From Mobula hypostoma (lineage: Eukaryota): DNA of 64,000 bases. The DNA lies in the NCBI RefSeq assembly GCF_963921235.1, contig NC_086097.1, positions 254,202,001-254,266,000 on the forward strand, given 5' to 3'. Shown piece after piece: positions 62,050 to 64,000 of the stretch. The notes under the pieces are model-generated. The model was not told where the DNA came from, searched no databases, and saw only the letters and a list, made by a program, of their open reading frames with translations. Each line of letters opens with the position of its first letter. Positions within the stretch are counted from its first letter, which is position 1. The position numbers were made by a program, and so were the translations under genes.

Positions 62050-63592
62050 TCTCAGAGAATTCACTGCCACTTCTGCAATACCAGAGAGATGAGGTGCATG
62101 TGGCAGGGATGCAGACTACAAGTCTACCCTACATATCAGTGACCAGGATGCTTCACTCCCTGAGATGCTGAATGTCTTCTACGGTGGGTTTGATGCACCG
62201 AGCAAAGTGCTGGTGAGGAAGGCACCCCTCTCCCCAGGGGAGCAGTCACTCGTCTGGATGAACTGAGGTGAGGTAGACCCTGGCCAGAGTCAACCCACGC
62301 GGAGCTGTGGGGCCCCGTGTTGCTTGAATTTCCAGCATCTGCAGATGTTCTCGTGTGGGCCCGATAATACACAGGTTGGGTTCTGAAAGTCTGCACAGCC
62401 CAGCTGACGAATATATTCAACTACTCTCTGGAACAGTCCTCTGTCTCCTCAGTTTTCAAGGAGGCAACCATCATTCCACTGCCAAAGAGGGTGTCAGTAA
62501 ATGACTAAATGACTATCATCCGGTGGCATTAACATCAATCATTATGAAATGCTTTGAGCAGCTGGTCATGGAGCACATTAAAGCTTTTCTTCCGGCTACA
62601 CTGGACCCTTTCTAGCTCGCTCATCACTCAAATCGATCCATTAATGATGCAATAGCCTCTGCCCTCCACTCTGTCCAGTCCCACCTGCAAAATGGGGTCT
62701 CATATGTTAGACTGCTTTTGTCCATTTCAGTTTGGCATTCAACACCTTCGTACCCCAGAAGCTGGTGGGGAACCTGTTGTTGCTGGGTCTCAACATCTGC
62801 TCTGCAGCTGGATATTGGACTCGTTAACGGTGAGGCCACAGTCAGTCCGTGTGGGCAGCAATGTCTTTTGTCCCAGTACGCTGAGCACTGGTGCTCCCCA
62901 AGGCTGTGAGCTCAGCCCGCTGCTGTTTACACTGCCGACACACGACTGTGACTCAGGACCCAGCTCAAACCGTGTCATCAGTTTGTGGCCGACGCGACAG
63001 TGGTCGGCCTTATCAGGAACGATGACGAGATGGAGTATAGAGAGGAAGTGGAGCGGCTGCTGGATTGACATGAGAGGAGCAATGTAAACCTGAACGTGGA
63101 GAAGATAAAGGAAATCATTGTGGACTTCAGGAAGATGCAGATAAACCATCCCCCTCTGAGAATACATGGCTCCTGTGTAGAGAAAGTTAAGTGCGCCAAG
63201 TTCCTGGGAGACACAGCAGCACCTCCACTTCCTAAGATCAAGACAAGCAATGCTCCCCCGCACCATCTTAACTGCGTTTTACAGGAGCACCATTGAGAGT
63301 GTTCTGACGAGTTTCATCTCTGTCTGGTCTGGGTGCAGTCGAGCATCAGACCAGAAGTCCCTACAAAGGACTGTGAGAACAGCTGAGAGGATCATAGGGG
63401 TCTCCCTACCATCCATTGGGGACATTTATCAGGAGTGCTACATAGACAGGGCCCTTAGTATTATTAAGGATCCCACTCATCCATCCAGCATCCTCTTTGA
63501 CTTTCTACCATCAGGCAGGAGACTACGATGCATAAAAATGCAAACGGTCAGGATGAGAAACAGTTTCTTTCCCCAGGCCATTAGGCTTCTAG
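62050..63592 (+). mobile_element. Degraded Rex1/Babar-type LINE with a PLE sliver at about 62317-62356
   Basis: [22 protein letters not shown] and LPSGRRL...NSFFPQAIRLL. Confidence 0.88.
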
Positions 63593-63691
63593 TTGAATAA
63601 TTCAGTTGCTTTATTCAACTGAAACGATGACATTGTATCAGAAGCACATCAAGAAATTGACCAAGACACAACACAGTCATTTATACCAAAT

Positions 63692-63870
63692 ATTGTTGTT
63701 CGTCCATCATCGACGTCGATGAGGACCAGATGGTGTTGAGACTAGCGTGTGGTTTGGATTTAAGTGAGGGAGAGTTGCGCAGTGTCAGCCTCACTCTCTC
63801 TTCCCAATTCCCATCTGGATCTAGTGGCAAGACAGAGTCGAGACGGCTGGAGATGGGACTAGGCGCAAAT
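63692..63870 (+). mobile_element. RTE/BovB (MAR1-like) 5' head
   Basis: TTGTTGTTCGTCC...GAGGACC...TTGGATTTAAGTGAGGG...CAGCCTCACTCTCTC...CCATCTGG...AGTGGCAAGA...CTGGAGATGG resembles the BovB/MAR1 5' end as I recall it. Confidence 0.55.
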
Positions 63871-64000
63871 ATTACACATCAAGTGGCAAGAGAGGTTACC
63901 AGATGTGGAGGTGCTCAAACGTGCTGGGACGGTCAGTGTAGAATCGCTCATTACAGCTTCTCAGCAGCGTTGGACTGGTCATGGCACAAGAATGAGTGAT

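Noticed and set aside
203..63999. Numerous short antisense ORFs in the track
   Set aside because: Shadow frames of LINE ORF1/ORF2 or AT-rich tails; no independent coding evidence.
1..64000. CRISPR arrays, rRNA, tRNA genes, prokaryotic operons
   Set aside because: None seen; the sequence is eukaryotic repeat-rich DNA and the only tRNA-like match is the PBS.

Overview
Vertebrate intronic DNA, most likely from a cartilaginous fish (shark or ray, inferred from the repeat families). Most of the window is nested retroelements: several CR1-type LINE subfamilies (my working labels A-G), Rex1/Babar-type LINEs, Penelope-like (GIY-YIG) fragments, RTE/BovB-like pieces, a composite hAT MITE and non-autonomous derivatives. 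A few candidate micro-exons of an unidentified + strand host gene sit in the unique islands. Highlights: (1) a very young Gmr1-like Gypsy LTR element (32300-37068; 842-bp LTRs, one difference seen) with a single open 937-aa ORF. The ORF keeps Gag (SCAN-like capsid, CCHC knuckle) and protease but has only catalytically empty scraps of integrase and RT, i.e. a Gag-protease-only mobile unit. (2) A structurally complete minimal type-I hammerhead ribozyme in a Penelope fragment bounded by a 14-bp TSD (11661-11698, minus). (3) A near full-length esterase-ORF1 CR1 (23972-28270). (4) One Penelope element pulled apart over about 16 kb by nested insertions. (5) Several chimeric or non-canonical insertion junctions. 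Family assignments come from motif recognition only; no database search was run, and boundaries of degraded elements are approximate.
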